From: Mobiluncus sp. | Lineage (GTDB): Bacteria > Actinomycetota > Actinomycetes > Actinomycetales > Actinomycetaceae | DNA length: 64,000 nucleotides | Direction: 5' to 3' | Assembly: GCF_034180645.1 (NCBI RefSeq) | Contig: NZ_JAXFNY010000016.1 | Coordinates: forward strand, 67,006-131,005 | Part shown: piece by piece, positions 17,617 through 26,333 of the stretch | How the letters are laid out: each line of letters begins with the position of its first letter | Numbering within the stretch: position 1 is the first letter of the stretch | Position numbers and translations under genes: made by a program | The notes under the pieces: model-generated | What the model saw: the letters and a program-made list of their open reading frames with translations, nothing else | Databases searched by the model: none | What the model was told of the DNA's origin: nothing

Positions 17617-18597
17617 TTACGCAGCCGCCTCGGTGCCGCTACCAGGGTATGTCACAGAACCCAGAGCATCGAGAATTTTGGGGAAATCCTCACGCAAAGT
17701 GGTCCAAGCAATACTTGCGTCGATTTCGTCGGCGGTTTGCAGAAGTCGGTAGCGCAGTTCGCTGAGGATTGCCCACGGAATGCCGGGGTTGGCTTCCTTG
17801 ACATCGGAATGAATTTTGGCCGCTGATTCAACCAGCACCGCAATAGAGTGATAAGCCGCGAAACGCGACTGCACCCCCGCCGGAGTCTTTGCCATAAAGG
17901 CTTTTGGGTCGCCCGAGGCGATGCCCATGCCCACGTCAAGCGTCCGAGACATGTCATCCACTCGCCACCGGGCGGCGGACACATCGTAGGGGAATAAGGA
18001 CTTGGGGAATCCCCACTTCTGAAAATATGGATACTCTTCAATCTCTCGCGGTGAAAAAACATACCCGGCTCGGTATAAATCCACCAGCAGTGGCTGGAAC
18101 TGCAATTTTTCATCGAGCTTCGTGACTTCACGGGGGAATCGATCAACTTTCGCGTTGCCCCAGCCGGTGTCTACGGACACGTAGACCGTGGTGCTCAGCG
18201 CATTTTCAAGTTCATTTTGCAAGCCAACCAAATCCAGCATCCCCAGGGATTTTGTGGTGCTGACCAGGAAATCTATCGGTGTAAACGCATCGTCTTGACC
18301 GGTCGAGACAGGCCCGAACATAAAAATCTCGTCGTAGCCGTATCGCGAAAAGATTCCGCGCACCACGTGGCGCTTCATACTCATCAAAGTGTGCGCCGGT
18401 ACGCTGACCGCTTTTGCCAAGGCAGTTTCCTCAGCAACAGAGATGCGCCGCTTGTGGTTTTCAAAAGCACTGATGTGGGACTGGGGAACTCCGGATATCC
18501 CTGCCAGTTCTGCTTGAGTCAGCCCCAACACGTTGCGGCGCAGACGCAAAAACGCACCGGGCAGCAAATCGCGTAACGCCATAAATTTCTGTTCCAT
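17617..18597 (-). CDS. XRE-family HTH + MNT-like nucleotidyltransferase + HepT/DUF86-like HEPN fusion protein
   Basis: HTH: LGLTQAELAGISGVPQSHISAFENHKRRIS. NTase-like: IFMFGPVSTGQDDAFTPIDFLV...LDLVGLQNELENAL. DUF86-like: SIAVLVESAAKIHSDVKEANPGIPWAILSELRYRLLQTADEIDASIAWTTLREDFP. I chose ATG 18597 (MEQKF) because a TATAAT lies 6 nt upstream; the track start is TTG 18648. The stop abuts the ABC gene start. Confidence 0.6.
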   Translation of the reverse strand: MEQKFMALRDLLPGAFLRLRRNVLGLTQAELAGISGVPQSHISAFENHKRRISVAEETALAKAVSVPAHTLMSMKRHVVRGIFSRYGYDEIFMFGPVSTGQDDAFTPIDFLVSTTKSLGMLDLVGLQNELENALSTTVYVSVDTGWGNAKVDRFPREVTKLDEKLQFQPLLVDLYRAGYVFSPREIEEYPYFQKWGFPKSLFPYDVSAARWRVDDMSRTLDVGMGIASGDPKAFMAKTPAGVQSRFAAYHSIAVLVESAAKIHSDVKEANPGIPWAILSELRYRLLQTADEIDASIAWTTLREDFPKILDALGSVTYPGSGTEAAA

Positions 18598-18671
18598 GAC
18601 AAAATTATACTCCAGAAGTGTATATAAGGGAATAGTTTTGCTGGACAATTACCCGTGACGTGGTGCGGCAG

Positions 18672-19433
18672 TCAGAGATAACGCGCCAAGAAATCGCGAG
18701 TCCGTTCCCGCTGCGGGTGCTGGAACAGCTGCTCGGGGGGACCTTGCTCAGCGATAACCCCATCTGCCATAAACACCACGTTCTTGCTGACCGTGCGGGC
18801 GAAAGCCATCTCGTGGGTCACCACCAGCATCGTCATACCTTCCTGAGCCAGCTTTTTAATGACCTCGATGACTTCCCCGACCATTTCCGGATCCAACGCC
18901 GAGGTCGGTTCGTCAAACAACAGGACTTCCGGATCCATCGCCAGAGCACGAGAAATGGCAACCCGCTGCTTTTGCCCGCCGGACAACTGCCGCGGTTTCG
19001 CGTTCAGGAAGGGGCTCATACCGACTTTATCCAGATACTCCAAGGCCTTTTCCCGAGATTCCTCGCGGGACCGACCCAGGACTTTCATCTGGCCAATCAT
19101 GCAGTTCTTTAGCACGGTCATATTGTTGAACAGGTTGAATGATTGAAACACCATCCCCACTTTTGACCGATATTTCGCCTTTTTCATGGAATGGTCCAGG
19201 ATGTTCGTCCCGTGATAGAGAATTTCGCCCGAGGTGGGAGTTTCCAACAAATTGATGCAGCGCAGCAAGGTCGATTTCCCGGAGCCGGACGCCCCGATGA
19301 TGGATGCCACGTCCCCCGGCCGCACCGCAAAGTCGATGTCTTTCAGGACCTCGTGAGTGCCGAAAGACTTTGAGAGGTGACGGACTGTGATGATTTCGTC
19401 GCTGGTGCTCGCCGCGGTGTTCGATTCGCTCAT
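18672..19433 (-). CDS. polar amino-acid ABC transporter ATP-binding protein
   Basis: 253 aa GlnQ/HisP-like. [35 protein letters not shown]. Confidence 0.9.
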   Translation of the reverse strand: MSESNTAASTSDEIITVRHLSKSFGTHEVLKDIDFAVRPGDVASIIGASGSGKSTLLRCINLLETPTSGEILYHGTNILDHSMKKAKYRSKVGMVFQSFNLFNNMTVLKNCMIGQMKVLGRSREESREKALEYLDKVGMSPFLNAKPRQLSGGQKQRVAISRALAMDPEVLLFDEPTSALDPEMVGEVIEVIKKLAQEGMTMLVVTHEMAFARTVSKNVVFMADGVIAEQGPPEQLFQHPQRERTRDFLARYL

Positions 19434-20341
19434 GAGTTCTGTCCTCCCTCGGGGCGTGCCGGTTTGTCTGACGCTGGTTTCCCGGCGGGCTTTCCCTTTC
19501 GCGTCGGACGCTTGGCGGGGTCAGGGAAGGTGTAGTTTCCGGCAGCCATCACAAGTTGATCTTCATTCATCAGCTCGTAATCGCTCTGTTCCTCGCCCGC
19601 CGCACCGGGCAACAGTTCGTAAGCATCGTCACCGTCAATCTTCTTTTCCAGTTTCCGCAACAAGAAAGAGGACAGTAGAGTCAACGTCAAATACCCCACC
19701 ATCTCGATGGTAGCGGAGGGGAAGTACTTGAAAACGGCACCCGACACCATCTTGTGAACTGAGAAAAACTCCGAGAACCCGATGATGAACATGACCGAAG
19801 TGTCTTTGATGTTGATGATGAAGTTGTTGCCGATTTGCGGCAGCAGGTTGCGCAAAGCCTGGGGCAAGATGACATAGAGCATGGTCTGGAAGTGGGTCAT
19901 GCCAATCGCCCTAGCCCCCTCGGTTTGGCCAGAATCCACGCTGATGATGCCCCCACGCACGGATTCCGCGATGTAGGCGCCGGTGTTAATGGAGACGACG
20001 AAAATCGACACTCCCCACATGGACTGGAACTGCAGCGCGTTATTCGTGAAGTAGGGCAGACCGTAGTAGATGAACACCGCCTGCAAAATCATCGGAGTGC
20101 CACGGAACACTTCCACATAGATCCTGATGATGACCCGGATAATCGCCAAAATCACCCGCTTGGGCAGGGGATCGGTTTGCGGGTGAGGAATTGTGTTCAA
20201 AATCCCGCAGGCAAAACCGATTACGCAGCCCAGCAAGGTGGCGATAGTAGCGAGGAGCACCGTGTTGACGATACCTGTCAAGTACACGCCGCCATACTTA
20301 TTCAGCAGCGTTATGATGTCCTGCCACAGTGTCCACAGCAT
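19430..20341 (-). CDS. polar amino-acid ABC transporter permease
   Basis: 303 aa HisMQ-type permease with an EAA-like loop ([25 protein letters not shown]) and a basic, disordered C-terminal tail. 4-nt overlap with the ATPase gene. Confidence 0.9.
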   Translation of the reverse strand: MLWTLWQDIITLLNKYGGVYLTGIVNTVLLATIATLLGCVIGFACGILNTIPHPQTDPLPKRVILAIIRVIIRIYVEVFRGTPMILQAVFIYYGLPYFTNNALQFQSMWGVSIFVVSINTGAYIAESVRGGIISVDSGQTEGARAIGMTHFQTMLYVILPQALRNLLPQIGNNFIINIKDTSVMFIIGFSEFFSVHKMVSGAVFKYFPSATIEMVGYLTLTLLSSFLLRKLEKKIDGDDAYELLPGAAGEEQSDYELMNEDQLVMAAGNYTFPDPAKRPTRKGKPAGKPASDKPARPEGGQNS

Positions 20342-20386
20342 TTTTCTCTCCTGACGTGTTCCAGTGCGATTGGCGGATTAATCCTC

Positions 20387-21247
20387 TTAGGGCTGAATCT
20401 TTACCGCATCGGCCATCATGGCATCGAAGTCATCGGCGGTCTTGCCGGACAGGGCCTTGTTGATGGCGTCCTTCAGAGCGGTGTTGCCTTTCTTAACGGA
20501 CACGCCGATGTTAATGTCCTCATCCGAAACTTGGAAGTCGTCGCCATCGTCGGGGAAGTCCAAAATCTTCATATCCGGGTAAGCGGCCATAGCCCCTTGA
20601 CCGGTGGGCATATCGGTGACCACATAATCGACCTTGCCGGTTTCCAAAGCCACCAGCATCGCCGGAGCGGATTCGGCGGGAGACTGCCGTTTGGCGCCCT
20701 TAATCTGCGGAATCAACGTGTCGTACCAAACAGTGCCGGTTTGGCTGGTGGTCCGACCTCCCGCCAGGTCAGCCAAGCCTTTCGCGTTGGCATACTTAGA
20801 ATCAGCCTTGGTCAGCACAATGATGCGGGCGTACAGGTAGGGCCCGGCAAAGTCCACGGTTTCCTCACGTTCCTTGGTCATGGACTGGCCCGCAATCGCG
20901 GCATCAATTTCGCCGGATTGCACCGCCGGAATCAGGGAATCCCACTCCAGCTGCTTAATTTCGAGCTTCCAGCCGTTGGCATCCGCAATCTGTTTGGCGG
21001 TCATCACATCGTAGCCATTAGCGTACAAGGCGGAATCTTTGATGGGTACCGCATCGTTAGATTTATCGGGCTGCGCCCAGTTGTAGGGAGCGTAGGCAGC
21101 TTCCATACCGACGGTGAAAACACCGTCCTCCAGGCCAGGAATCGCCCCGCCTTCACCAGCTGCGTTATCAGCCGCGGAACCCGCCCCGCACGCGGCGAGG
21201 GAAAAAGCCGCAGCTAGTAGGGCCGCGCCACTCAGTATCTTGTTCAT
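20387..21247 (-). CDS. amino-acid ABC transporter substrate-binding lipoprotein (predicted lysine-related)
   Basis: Family 3 SBP with lipobox SLAAC. I chose ATG 21247 (MNKILSG...), which is preceded by GAAAGGA. A lysine riboswitch lies directly upstream. Confidence 0.9.
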   Translation of the reverse strand: MNKILSGAALLAAAFSLAACGAGSAADNAAGEGGAIPGLEDGVFTVGMEAAYAPYNWAQPDKSNDAVPIKDSALYANGYDVMTAKQIADANGWKLEIKQLEWDSLIPAVQSGEIDAAIAGQSMTKEREETVDFAGPYLYARIIVLTKADSKYANAKGLADLAGGRTTSQTGTVWYDTLIPQIKGAKRQSPAESAPAMLVALETGKVDYVVTDMPTGQGAMAAYPDMKILDFPDDGDDFQVSDEDINIGVSVKKGNTALKDAINKALSGKTADDFDAMMADAVKIQP

Positions 21248-21300
21248 CGTTAGTCCTTTCAATCGTTGCAAACAACTTTCGAAAGCTCGAACATGGCACC

Positions 21301-21518
21301 AAAAAAGGGGTCATGCTCCATGACCCCATACCTTGCGCGTATGCGTCATGACAGCTCTCCGCAATAGCGACAGTCGAACGGATATTGTCCGCCCGCCCGG
21401 ACGTTTCCCCTTGGGAGTGGTTCACATCCTCGGCAGCCTCCCCTTTCGCTTCCGGGCCTCCCGAAGGGATTTCCCTGCCCTGATGGAAGCTAATGATGTC
21501 GGCTGCGCCTCCGTCATG
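21301..21518 (-). promoter_or_regulatory. lysine riboswitch (L-box) with intrinsic terminator expression platform
   Basis: Minus-strand RNA reads CAUGACGGAGGCGCAGCCGACAUCAUUAG...CAUCAGGG...GCGAAAGGGGAGGCUGCCGAGG...GACUGUCGC...GGAGAGCUGUCAUG. This matches the conserved L-box cores as I recall them from B. subtilis lysC and the T. maritima structure. P1 is CAUGAC/GUCAUG. Terminator GGGGUCAUG-GAG-CAUGACCCC + U6 lies at 21301-21327. Confidence 0.75.
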
Positions 21519-21598
21519 CTTTTATTGCTTTCCAGTCTAGGGCTCTGGGGCGAAAGGTGCAAAAATGATAATAAAAACCGCAATCAGGAGGCTCGGAT

Positions 21599-22261
21599 AT
21601 GCAGCGGGTTTTTACTTATCACACCGGACACCCCGTCCTTGACACTTATGCACTGCGAGTGCGGATGGAGGATTACACGGTGTGTGAAACCGCCCTGGTG
21701 CCTCGCGCTGAGGTCCCGGATAACCCGCCAGCCATGAACGGCGAATCGGAGGAAGTGTTTGTTGTCTTGCGCCACGCCCTGATTGATTGGGAGACTGGGG
21801 ACGCCAATCCGTGGCGCTATCTGCTGATTGACATGCGGGAAACGATTTTTCAAGAAGCGGTGCGTGAGTTTTTGCTCAGCACGAATCGCGCCGCCCTCTA
21901 TAGTTATGGGCAGGTCGCCAAAAGTCTGGGGGACCCGAAAGCTGCCCGAGCTGTAGCCAGAGCTTGTGCCAGTAATCCGGTACCGCTGCTGGTGGCCTGT
22001 CACCGCGTTGTGCCGGCACCAACCGCCCAGATTTATGCCGCCCGCTACCCCAAAATTCGTCAGGAGGCCCAGGCTGCGGGCCCGTTCCCCGCTTCGCGCC
22101 GGGGCGTGCCCAAAAGGGCATTGCGGCTCGCCCAAGCCGCACTTTCCGACCTTGACCTGGGCGGTTATGCCGGTGGGACGGAATTGAAACGCGCCCTCTT
22201 GGAATACGAACTCGCGTGGAAACTGGATCTCCTGGCTAAGAGCACGGCTCGGCGAGGGTAA
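21599..22261 (+). CDS. ogt: methylated-DNA--protein-cysteine methyltransferase family protein (atypical)
   Basis: 220 aa. Core YGQVAKSLGDPKAARAVARACASNPVPLLVACHRVV...GGYAGGTELKRALLEYE. The active-site box reads ACHRV rather than PCHRV, and ~45 aa are inserted before GGYAGG. Confidence 0.75.
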   Translation: MQRVFTYHTGHPVLDTYALRVRMEDYTVCETALVPRAEVPDNPPAMNGESEEVFVVLRHALIDWETGDANPWRYLLIDMRETIFQEAVREFLLSTNRAALYSYGQVAKSLGDPKAARAVARACASNPVPLLVACHRVVPAPTAQIYAARYPKIRQEAQAAGPFPASRRGVPKRALRLAQAALSDLDLGGYAGGTELKRALLEYELAWKLDLLAKSTARRG

Positions 22262-22949
22262 GCGGCGGGTGTTCGGCGCGATACTCGTTTATCTGGGCAT
22301 CCGGGTCGGGATAACCCAGCGCCAGCCCGGTGATTAGCCCGTAATCTTTGGGGATGCGAAACTCCGCTTCGAGAGGCGTCCGCCAGGTCGCGAGCGTTCC
22401 AATCGCAACGGTTCCCAGCCCCCGATTCGCGGCCGCCAGCATGAGGGTGGACAGCATCAGCCCGGCATCCTGGGCGGAAAAAGGCAGCAGCGAGCGGTGG
22501 ACGAACACGAAAATCCCCACCGGCGCCTGGAACAATTCCAGATTTTGGCGCACCTGCTGGGCACGCCCGGGTTCGTCCCCGCGCCCAATCCCCAGGTGCG
22601 CATAGTAACGCTTCCCGTTTGCCACCTGGCGTTTTCGCAGTTCAGGAGGGTATTTTCCCCAGGTTTTAAAGTCGGCTTTGGGTAGTTTTCCTTCCCGCAG
22701 CGCCCGCAAGAAGGCACCGGGCCGTCCGCGCAGCATCCCGGACGCGGTTTCGGCGCGGCTGGCATAGTCCGCCCGGATTCGCTCCAAGCGCTCCCCTGTG
22801 GCTACTGCCAGCACGTATCCGCGCGTGTTTGACCACGAGGCGCAGTGGCGCGCATCGTCCAAGATATCCTCCAGCACGTGCGCGGGAACTGGTTTATCCA
22901 AATAGGCTCGGACCGAATAGCGCTTTTTCAGCAGTTCGGTGAACTCCAT
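22236..22949 (-). CDS. nitroreductase family protein
   Basis: Starts MEFTELLKKRYSVRAYLDKPV, the typical nitroreductase N-terminus. I chose ATG 22949 over the track start 23003. The 3' end overlaps the ogt 3' end convergently. Confidence 0.85.
   Translation of the reverse strand: MEFTELLKKRYSVRAYLDKPVPAHVLEDILDDARHCASWSNTRGYVLAVATGERLERIRADYASRAETASGMLRGRPGAFLRALREGKLPKADFKTWGKYPPELRKRQVANGKRYYAHLGIGRGDEPGRAQQVRQNLELFQAPVGIFVFVHRSLLPFSAQDAGLMLSTLMLAAANRGLGTVAIGTLATWRTPLEAEFRIPKDYGLITGLALGYPDPDAQINEYRAEHPPLTLAEPCS
22245..22286. repeat. 42-bp direct repeat, copy A (partner at 37536-37577)
   Basis: CGGCTCGGCGAGGGTAAGCGGCGGGTG[T/C]TCGGCGCGATACTC. 41 of 42 positions are identical between copies, as read directly from the sequence. 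Confidence 0.9.
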
Positions 22950-23104
22950 TCCTCGTCCTTTCCTCCGGGAAAATCGCGCCGGTATTGGCTTTTTGCCTAT
23001 CATATCCGACCCGATTTAGCTGCCCTGTCGCGGACGTAACCACGCCCGGTCGCCCGAAAACCACAGCCGACTTCTTATGGAAGCGCACCCGGCCGCCCGC
23101 ACAC

Positions 23105-24520
23105 CTAATGCAGTTTAAAGATTTCGCGCGGCTGCTCGTCGTTAAGCCTGTGAATCCAGTACTTTGCCGAGGATAGCGGCAGGCGTCCCTCACACACGTA
23201 GCGAGCAAGAAAAGCCGCGTCCAGCCGCCGATTCATGTCGTGACGTGCCGGAATAGACAAAAATGCCCGGGTATCGTCTATGAAACCGGACAATCTGGAG
23301 AAACCAGCGGTTTCCGTAGTGGCAGCGTGGAAACGCAGAATCGAATCCGGCGCATCGATAAACCACCAGGGAGCACCGATATACACGCTGGGATAATACC
23401 CGGCCAAGGGCGCAATCTCGCGCGAGTACACGGTTTCATCCAAGGTGAACAGCACCAGGTGCAGATCAGGCTCGTGCCCGTAGCGCTCCAGGAGCGGACG
23501 CAGCGACCTGGTGTACTCGGTGGCGACGGGAATATCATGCCCGGTATCCGCTCCGAAATGGTTGAACGCGGCGGTTGAGTGATTCCGAAACACGCCAGGA
23601 TGTACGGTCATCACTAATCCGTCCTCCAGGCTCATCTGGGCAAAGCGCGTCAACATCGCCGCCTCGAAGGCGTCGGCTTGTGCGTCGCTGCCCTCACCGG
23701 AAACCAATACCTTCAGCAAGCCCGCTAGTTCCCTATCGTCAAGATCCAGGGCAGCCGGCTGCGCCACTCCGAAGTCTGCGGACACCGCCCCGCGTGCTAT
23801 GAATCGGCTCCGGCTTTCCCGCATGGCTCGCAAGTAGTCTCCGAGATTATCCGGCGCGCCGCCGACGCTAGCGGTTAGCGCCTCCACGCGCTCGCGAAAC
23901 TCCGGTTTGCGCCCATTCACGTAAACGTCGGGACGCCACGTGGGTGCAATCCGTCCGCCCAACTCACCTTGGGAAGTGAGTTTCGCTAGTGCCGCGTGAT
24001 CCTCGAGACTGTCCAGCGGGTCGTCCGTGGTGGCGAGGAAGGCGATGGGGAAGGAGTTGAACAGCGCGCGCGGGCGGAAATCCGCCTCCGCTAGCCGCGC
24101 GCCGATTCGGTCATAGAGCACGTCAGCGTTTTGGGTGTTCGGTTCTTCGTCGATGCCAAAGAGCGTAACGAACACGTGAGTGAGCCAGTACCCTGAGGCT
24201 GTCCCGTCGAAAAGATGCCAATGCTGGCAAAACACTCGCCACGCTTCGCGCGGTTTTGTCATCGCCACTTTGCCGACACCGATACCGTTCAAGTCGACTC
24301 CGGCGGCGTTGAGCAGGCGAAACACGTAGTGGTCGTATCGTAGAAACAGCTCCGAGGCATTGGGGAAGGCCGCGTTATCCAGCAGCAGCCGGGGCTCCAC
24401 GTGCCCGTGCGGAGAAATAATCGGCAGATCTTTTACGATTTCGTACAGTTCACGAGCAACCTCGCGGATGGATGGCTCCACCGGGAAGAGCCGGTCGGGA
24501 TTCAGTTCCAAAGATTCCAT
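23105..24520 (-). CDS. uxaC: glucuronate (uronate) isomerase
   Basis: 471 aa from MESLELNPDRLFPVEP...PIISPHGHVEP, matching UxaC along its full length. The longer track ORF (to 24883) would overlap kdgK and is Arg/Gly-rich, so I rejected it. Confidence 0.9.
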   Translation of the reverse strand: MESLELNPDRLFPVEPSIREVARELYEIVKDLPIISPHGHVEPRLLLDNAAFPNASELFLRYDHYVFRLLNAAGVDLNGIGVGKVAMTKPREAWRVFCQHWHLFDGTASGYWLTHVFVTLFGIDEEPNTQNADVLYDRIGARLAEADFRPRALFNSFPIAFLATTDDPLDSLEDHAALAKLTSQGELGGRIAPTWRPDVYVNGRKPEFRERVEALTASVGGAPDNLGDYLRAMRESRSRFIARGAVSADFGVAQPAALDLDDRELAGLLKVLVSGEGSDAQADAFEAAMLTRFAQMSLEDGLVMTVHPGVFRNHSTAAFNHFGADTGHDIPVATEYTRSLRPLLERYGHEPDLHLVLFTLDETVYSREIAPLAGYYPSVYIGAPWWFIDAPDSILRFHAATTETAGFSRLSGFIDDTRAFLSIPARHDMNRRLDAAFLARYVCEGRLPLSSAKYWIHRLNDEQPREIFKLH

Positions 24521-24564
24521 TGTCGTCCTTCTATTCTCCCGCAGCGGGTTTGCAGTGTGCGGTG

Positions 24565-25677
24565 TCAGCGTTTCACGCGCGCTGAACCCCCGGCCACCAG
24601 GTTTTCGATTTCTGCCAGGCTGGCCATCGAGGTGTCGCCCGGCGTGGTCATCGCCAAGGCACCGTGGGCCGCCCCGTAGTTCACAGCCTTTTCGATGTCT
24701 CCGAACTCCATCAGACCATAAATCAGTCCGGACGCGAAGGAATCGCCCCCGCCCACGCGGTCGAGAATCTCCAAGCCATCTCGCTGGGTGGCTCGGAAAA
24801 AGCCCTGCTGACGGTCCCATGCCACCGCGCCCCAATCGTTGATAGTCGCGGTGCGAACCTGACGCATGGTCGTGCCGATGCATTGGAAATTCGGGAAGGC
24901 CCGGGAAGCCTGGTCAATCATGGCGCGAAACGACTCCACTTCCAGGTTGTCGAGGTTTTCGTTTGCCCCCTCGATTTCAAAACCAAGTGAAGCGGTGAAG
25001 TCCTCCTCATTACCAATCATGACGTCTACGTATTGCGCAAGGTCACGGTTCACTTCCTGGCACTTAGCCTGACCGCCGATACTGCTCCACAGACTGGGAC
25101 GATAGTTCAGGTCGTAGGACACCACGGTGCCGTATTTTTTCGCAATCTGCATGGCGGTTTTCGCCACGTCGGCAGTAGTTTCGGACAGGGCGGTGAAGAT
25201 TCCGCCGGTGTGCAGCCAACGCACCCCCAGTTTCCCGAAGAGTAACTCCCAATCAACATCGTCGGGCCGCATCTGGGAGGCGGCGGTATTTCCGCGATCA
25301 TTGCAGCCGACAGCTCCGCGCACTCCATAGCCGCGTTCCGTGAAGTTGATACCGTTGCGCACGTTGCGTCCCACACCGTCGGATTCAACCCACTTGATGA
25401 AGGACGTGTCTACGCCGCCTTGCAAAATGCAGTCCTCCAGCAGCAGACCAATCTCGTCGCGGACCAGTGCCGTGACGATGGCTGTGCGCCGGGAAAAGGC
25501 GCGTCTCGAACCGCGCGCCACGTTGTATTCCCCGCCGCCTTCAGATGCTTTGAATGCTCGTGACGTGCGAATTCGGCCCTCGCCGGGGTCGAGACGCAGC
25601 ATCACCTCCCCGAGAGACACCACGTCATAGCGGCACTGCGAGGCGGGACGGACTTGTAAACCACTGGGTCTGGTCAT
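24565..25677 (-). CDS. kdgK: 2-dehydro-3-deoxygluconokinase (PfkB family sugar kinase)
   Basis: 370 aa. Ribokinase-like fold (VVSLGEVMLRLDP; C-terminal DRVGGGDSFASG anion hole). Lies in the hexuronate operon. Confidence 0.85.
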   Translation of the reverse strand: MTRPSGLQVRPASQCRYDVVSLGEVMLRLDPGEGRIRTSRAFKASEGGGEYNVARGSRRAFSRRTAIVTALVRDEIGLLLEDCILQGGVDTSFIKWVESDGVGRNVRNGINFTERGYGVRGAVGCNDRGNTAASQMRPDDVDWELLFGKLGVRWLHTGGIFTALSETTADVAKTAMQIAKKYGTVVSYDLNYRPSLWSSIGGQAKCQEVNRDLAQYVDVMIGNEEDFTASLGFEIEGANENLDNLEVESFRAMIDQASRAFPNFQCIGTTMRQVRTATINDWGAVAWDRQQGFFRATQRDGLEILDRVGGGDSFASGLIYGLMEFGDIEKAVNYGAAHGALAMTTPGDTSMASLAEIENLVAGGSARVKR

Positions 25678-26318
25678 TGGCGAATCTCCTTAACCTTAGC
25701 GATGGCTTCGGCACTGAGCCGGGTAATCTGTGCAAAATCTGCGGCGTGGACAAGTTTGGCGCTCACCATCCACGAGCCTCCCACCGCCGGGACAAAGGGC
25801 GCTGAGAGCCATTCCCCCAGGTTGTCGGGGTTTACGCCGCCGGTTGGCATAAACTTCATTTGTGGGAAGGGGCCGGCGAAGGCCTTGAGCAGCCCGAGTC
25901 CCCCCAGAGCCGAGGCCGGGAAAAACTTCACGACCTCCAGACCCCACTTTAGTGTCGCCATAATATCCGTGGGGTTGGCGATACCTGGTAGCAGCGGCAC
26001 GTTAGCCTCAGCTGCGGCTTTCGCGACTTCCTTTGAAACGCCGGGGGACACCAGAAACTTCGCGCCCGCGTCGACGGCTCGCCTGGCCTGTTCCTTGTTG
26101 ACGACTGTGCCGGCACCAACGGTGATTTCCGGCACTTCACGGAAGATTGCGGCGATGCAATCGACCGCAACCGGGGTGCGGAAGGTGACTTCCGCCGACT
26201 TAATCCCGCCTTCCAGCAGGGCGCGCGCAGTCGGGACGGCATCCTCGACCCTGTCGAGCACCACGACCGGCACGATGGGGTTTTCTGCCAGGAGCGGCAT
26301 TGCTGACGGTATTCTCAT
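25674..26318 (-). CDS. eda: KDPG / KHG aldolase
   Basis: 214 aa. Eda family (EVTFRTP, GAGTV, KFFPA, MPTGGV). 4-nt overlap with kdgK. Confidence 0.9.
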   Translation of the reverse strand: MRIPSAMPLLAENPIVPVVVLDRVEDAVPTARALLEGGIKSAEVTFRTPVAVDCIAAIFREVPEITVGAGTVVNKEQARRAVDAGAKFLVSPGVSKEVAKAAAEANVPLLPGIANPTDIMATLKWGLEVVKFFPASALGGLGLLKAFAGPFPQMKFMPTGGVNPDNLGEWLSAPFVPAVGGSWMVSAKLVHAADFAQITRLSAEAIAKVKEIRQ

Positions 26319-26333
26319 AGCTAGGCTTTCCTC

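Noticed and set aside
19835-21217. 460-aa plus-strand ORF
   Set aside because: It is antisense to the amino-acid ABC permease and SBP genes, both of which carry clear family motifs. Its translation is Arg/Gly/His-rich with no recognisable domain. This is a typical high-GC shadow ORF.
21330-21560. T-box, SAM or cobalamin riboswitch as an explanation for the structured leader
   Set aside because: I found no T-box sequence (…GGGTGGTACCGCG-like), no specifier or AGAGA elements, and no B12 box. The conserved blocks instead match the lysine riboswitch.
24521-24883. 121-codon N-terminal extension of uxaC in the ORF track (592-aa version)
   Set aside because: The extension overlaps the kdgK 3' end and is Arg/Gly-rich nonsense. 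The UxaC homology begins at MESLELNPDRLFP (ATG 24520).
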